Under the pieces are notes generated by a model. That model saw nothing but the letters and a program-made list of their open reading frames with translations, searched no databases and was not told the origin of the DNA. A DNA stretch of 36,507 bases from a virus. Below, piece after piece: positions 33,617 to 36,507 of this stretch (position 1 is the first letter of the stretch; each line of letters starts with the position of its first letter). The translations under genes were made by a program, and so were the position numbers. Location of the stretch: IMG/VR virus record IMGVR_UViG_3300018080_000077, positions 1 through 36,507 of that record. The stretch is one strand, 5' to 3'.

Positions 33617-34924
33617 TTAGCAAATATACCTTTGCCTCATATCTTTTATCATAGCAGGTGTTAATTTGTTTTTTTGGCTATAGTTGTTTCTATAAGCAAC
33701 CGATAAATATCTAAATGAATCAGCTGCATGAGATGACCAGTCGTGAAGAGGTAAGTTGCTATAACACTGCATTTTTTCATTATATTTTTTATGATAGTGC
33801 TCTAAGCATTTAATAAGTCGTTCGCATTTTTTTTTATCAAACCAACACATTGGAAAAATAGACCTAGCGCACTCAATACCATATTCAACAGATTGTCTCG
33901 GAATAACTTCGAAGTTAATACCTAGTTCTTTTGCATAGCTTCTGAGGCTTCGTCCAAGTGACAAGCTTCCTGCTTCGACGTCGTGTGGGGCAAAATGGTT
34001 TCCGTATGTATAGCACTTACTTTGCAATTCTTTTGCATAGTGTTGTAAAGACTCTCCTGAGTTTTCGTAGTAGTCGATGATGTGAATTTCCTTTCCAACC
34101 ATCTGGCTAAATATAATGCTAGTAGAATCACCAAAGCCAAGATCCCAAAAAGTATCAACAACAACAGCGGGATCAAAATCAACAGTCCCGATACGCCCAT
34201 TTCTAATACTCTCATCAATAAATTTACCATAATAAGAACCCTCCACTCCTTTTTCAAACGAACAATAAAACTCTTGAAACGCCGTTTCTTCCGACATTCC
34301 CTCTCTTATTTCTTTTTCTACATCTTCTTTTGTTATAAAGCTAGAGTCATCAATTGTAATTTTTTGAGTGAACCACTCTTTATTTTTTAAAGCCATATTC
34401 CATAAATCATAGAAATGGTTCTTTCCACGAGGAGTAGAAATAAAGAGTGACCAACCCTTGTTAGCTGTAAGAATCGGCCTTATATACTCATAAGCCTTTG
34501 GATTTTGAAGCGCGTACTCTGAGAAAATAACGCCTTTTGGGTTTGTTCCCATTAAAGTGTCATAATTATCGCTACCAACCAGTTGAAATAAAGACCCGTT
34601 AATCATCCTTATCTTCATCTCGCTATTATTTATGCTTTCTATCAAAACCTTTGGAAAATAGTCTAAAATTCTCCTACCGTCATTAGTGGCGCTATCCCAA
34701 ATTACCTTTCTAGCTTGATTATATGTAGGAAAAATATAAAAATATACTCCAGGATTATCGAACATTTGAGAAATGGTGATGTTCAATGCTGTAAGATCTT
34801 TCCCGCTTCTCCTATGCCAGAGTGCAATAGCACGTTTTTTTCCTTGTTCGATAGCTTGAAATAATGGAATCTGATATTTTCTCGGATTAAAGTTATACGG
34901 AAGCTCAACGTTTTGTGTTGTCAC
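33617..34924 (-). CDS. terL: Terminase large subunit
   Basis: 435 aa, GTG start overlapping the upstream TAG. Walker A-like ALWHRRSGKDLT, Walker B GVIFSEYA. C-terminal nuclease region WDLGFGDSTSI...HDW..H..D. Confidence 0.88.
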   Translation of the reverse strand: MTTQNVELPYNFNPRKYQIPLFQAIEQGKKRAIALWHRRSGKDLTALNITISQMFDNPGVYFYIFPTYNQARKVIWDSATNDGRRILDYFPKVLIESINNSEMKIRMINGSLFQLVGSDNYDTLMGTNPKGVIFSEYALQNPKAYEYIRPILTANKGWSLFISTPRGKNHFYDLWNMALKNKEWFTQKITIDDSSFITKEDVEKEIREGMSEETAFQEFYCSFEKGVEGSYYGKFIDESIRNGRIGTVDFDPAVVVDTFWDLGFGDSTSIIFSQMVGKEIHIIDYYENSGESLQHYAKELQSKCYTYGNHFAPHDVEAGSLSLGRSLRSYAKELGINFEVIPRQSVEYGIECARSIFPMCWFDKKKCERLIKCLEHYHKKYNEKMQCYSNLPLHDWSSHAADSFRYLSVAYRNNYSQKNKLTPAMIKDMRQRYIC

Positions 34925-35244
34925 TACGCCGCTCTTTCCAGTTTTTTCAAATAATCGATAAGGTTCTTCCCTTCTAATACAACAGGATCGGCATCCTCAT
35001 TCATAGGAGGAAACATTTTTCTATAATAAGGACAAGCCTTTGTATCTATTTTAAGTAGCACAAAAGAGTTTTCTTTATACTCTTCTTCATCAAATACAGG
35101 GAGCAGATTTCCCTTCTTATCTAAAGGACCTCTTCTTTCTAACATTTTGTAAAAGCTCTGCAACCCAAACAAGCTGTTAAAATATATTTTAATCCTTCGA
35201 AAGTTAGAATTAATACTCATTAAATAATATTTTTCTCTAGACAT
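34924..35244 (-). CDS. Hypothetical protein upstream of terL
   Basis: 106 aa from the ATG at 35244 with AAGGAG SD. The track ORF extends into promoter DNA. Confidence 0.45.
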   Translation of the reverse strand: MSREKYYLMSINSNFRRIKIYFNSLFGLQSFYKMLERRGPLDKKGNLLPVFDEEEYKENSFVLLKIDTKACPYYRKMFPPMNEDADPVVLEGKNLIDYLKKLERAA

Positions 35245-35328
35245 TTTGGCTCCTTTTAAAGAATGTTGTTCATACACTTTTTTATATATATAAAAGTTGT
35301 TTTTTTTCACAGTACTTACGCATTTTTC

Positions 35329-35357
35329 TTGAGAAAAAACACACACACGGTTAAAAT
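35329..35357 (+). promoter_or_regulatory. Putative promoter for Cys-rich family member C
   Basis: TTGAGA (35329..35334), 17 nt, TAAAAT (35352..35357). GGAGG SD before the ATG at 35393. Confidence 0.35.
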
Positions 35358-35392
35358 GACATTCTTAAATAATAAAAATTGGAGGATTTATT

Positions 35393-35719
35393 ATGAAAAA
35401 ACTACTTTCTTCTCATTTGTTTCTTTTATTAGCGTTGTTTTTTAGTTTTTCAACACTATATGGTGTGTGTAATACTTGTGAATCCAGTTCACACGCGTGT
35501 TTAAAAGACGCACTTACAGTAGAAACAGAAAGCGGTACAATAAAAATAAACGCAAATGCAGTTATAAATGGACGCGTTATACAGTATTTCTGGGTATGCT
35601 GTAGATGTGGATTTTACAATAGATACTTCGACCAACCATGTGCTAGACGATTAGAAGAAAATCCTGGATATTGCGATCATAGAATTTGCAATTACTGCGT
35701 TATAAAAAGCATACAATAG
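35393..35719 (+). CDS. Secreted Cys-rich protein, family member C
   Basis: Signal peptide MKKLLSSHLFLLLALFFSFSTLYG. WVCCRCG-x9-C-x10-CDHRICNYC. Confidence 0.7.
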   Translation: MKKLLSSHLFLLLALFFSFSTLYGVCNTCESSSHACLKDALTVETESGTIKINANAVINGRVIQYFWVCCRCGFYNRYFDQPCARRLEENPGYCDHRICNYCVIKSIQ

Positions 35720-35745
35720 GATTTATACATTGAAATAAATAAATT

Positions 35746-35816
35746 AGCGTCTGATCAGAATAGAACCGACACTAATAGCTTGGAAGGCTATTGTTCTACC
35801 ATTAAACTACAGGTGC
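35746..35816 (-). tRNA. tRNA-Gly (anticodon UCC), no encoded CCA, two acceptor-stem mismatches
   Basis: Minus strand: GCACCTG-TA-GTTT-AATGGTA-GAAC-A-ATAGC-CTTCCAA-GCTAT-TAGT-GTCGG-TTCTATT-CTGAT-CAGACGC-T. Invariants T8, A14, G18G19, A21, T33, A37, G53, T54T55C56, A58 and C61 are present. 3:70 is A.C and 4:69 is C.A. Confidence 0.7.
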
Positions 35817-35827
35817 AAATAAGCTTG

Positions 35828-36037
35828 TTAAAATATATCTGGATATTTTGATGTTAAAATAATAACTTTAATTATATAAAATATATTTTCCGAAGTTTCC
35901 CGTATTCTTTCTTCAAGCATTGGGTTTGTGATCCTCTCTGAAAAAAGCGGATTTCTAGTTTTGTGTATTTCTTTTAATGGTGGTGGAACCAACTCTTCAT
36001 CGCAAATTACTACTGACGGTATTCTTTTTGGAATCAT
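35828..36037 (-). CDS. Hypothetical protein upstream of the tRNA
   Basis: 69 aa, ATG, weak SD. Confidence 0.3.
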   Translation of the reverse strand: MIPKRIPSVVICDEELVPPPLKEIHKTRNPLFSERITNPMLEERIRETSENIFYIIKVIILTSKYPDIF

Positions 36038-36082
36038 ATGACATACATCCTTTTTACAAAGAGTTATTATAAATACACGCTC

Positions 36083-36175
36083 TTAATCCTGCGCGTCGCA
36101 TTCTCGCATCCTGGTGTAATATCCTATCAATAAACCTGCAATAAATGCAAGCCAAATCCAAAACAAAGTACCCAC
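36083..36175 (-). CDS. Possible 30-aa hydrophobic peptide
   Basis: GTG start 5 nt after a perfect AAGGAGG (36181..36187). MGTLFWIWLAFIAGLLIGYYTRMRECDAQD. Confidence 0.25.
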   Translation of the reverse strand: MGTLFWIWLAFIAGLLIGYYTRMRECDAQD

Positions 36176-36277
36176 AAAAACCTCCTTTATTTTTATGGTT
36201 TTTTTTATTGTAACACAAATAGCAATTATGATACCATAATTATGTCTAAACAAAATAGGTCTAGTGGAGGTTATAAG

Positions 36278-36481
36278 ATGAAAACATTTTTAATATATAT
36301 ATTAATAGTCTTTTCAGGATTTCAATATTATAAAACAAAGAACTATAGCGAAAGGATACGGCAGCTTGAGGAAAGAGCCTATCAATGTGAAGCGGGTGTT
36401 TACTGTACAAAGTCTGCTGTTTTAGACTTGGCAAAAAATTTAAGTAAAGAAGGTGTTATTAAATATTACTTAGGAGACTAA
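36278..36481 (+). CDS. Small signal-anchor/secreted protein
   Basis: 67 aa from the ATG at 36278 with GGAGG SD at 7-nt spacing: MKTFLIYILIVFSGFQYYKTKNY... The 3' end lies inside the terminal repeat and interlocks with the terS stop. Confidence 0.55.
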   Translation: MKTFLIYILIVFSGFQYYKTKNYSERIRQLEERAYQCEAGVYCTKSAVLDLAKNLSKEGVIKYYLGD

Positions 36482-36507
36482 CCTACTGTGGCACATTCTT
36501 CTTCATC
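36385..36507. repeat. Terminal direct repeat, copy 2 (identical to 1..123)
   Basis: 123/123 identity with the window start. Confidence 0.97.

Larger units (their letters stand above)
1..36384. mobile_element. One unit-length genome of a temperate podovirus-like dsDNA phage
   Basis: Full set of terminase, portal, scaffold, capsid, tail-fibre, recombination and integrase genes. The window ends repeat exactly, giving a 36,384 bp period. No tape-measure, sheath or tube ORFs. Confidence 0.8.

Noticed and set aside
15108-34390. Antisense or alternate-frame ORFs inside late genes (for example 15108..15317, 16200..16463, 17898..18239, 18538..19568, 23858..24574, 28396..29343, 31673..32146, 33922..34257, 34082..34390)
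   Set aside because: They are embedded in long ORFs with clear structural identity, have no ribosome-binding sites, and their composition mirrors the opposite or shifted frame. There is no evidence for overprinting.
1-36507. CRISPR arrays, rRNA genes, transposases or IS elements
   Set aside because: There are no regularly spaced direct repeats with unique spacers, no rRNA-like sequence, and no DDE or serine recombinase ORFs. The only recombinase is the tyrosine integrase.

Overview
The window is one complete, AT-rich tailed-phage genome. The first 123 nt are repeated exactly at the end (1..123 = 36385..36507), so the unit length is 36,384 bp and the molecule is circular or circularly permuted. 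It looks like a temperate, short-tailed (podovirus-like) phage. There is a tyrosine integrase, and no tape-measure, sheath or tube genes. Almost all genes are on the minus strand and are tightly coupled by ATGA, TAATG or TAGTG stop/start overlaps. Many ORF-track starts are TTG or GTG artefacts, and I re-set them to the ATG that has a Shine-Dalgarno (SD) sequence. Modules: (i) 94..5636 (-) is the early/replication arm: RHH regulator, two wHTH initiator-like proteins, RusA, ParB-like nuclease, small terminase. (ii) 5774..7795 (+) is the recombination arm: ERF annealase, YqaJ exonuclease, a membrane protein. (iii) 7870..9212 holds repeat-rich putative attP/control DNA and the integrase. (iv) 9225..12183 is an accessory block: two paralogous small TM proteins, two signal-peptide Cys-rich proteins, a NadR-type (AAA_28) kinase overlapping a 3-TM single-repeat PnuC-like protein, and two mini-lipoproteins. 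(v) 12186..35244 (-) is the late operon: TerL, portal, scaffold, N4-gp56-type capsid protein, decoration protein, tail and ejection proteins, three large fibre/spike proteins. (vi) 35245..36507 is a small island between terL and terS with a third Cys-rich paralog, a tRNA-Gly(UCC) and small membrane peptides. No endolysin, holin, CRISPR array, reverse transcriptase or rRNA is recognisable. The best candidates for undescribed biology are the secreted W-x-CC-x-CG...C-x-H-[KR]-x-C-x-x-C protein family with its partner TM proteins, the kinase plus half-PnuC pair, and an antisense promoter plus mini-gene inside the late operon. All homology statements come from motif reading by eye, not from searches.
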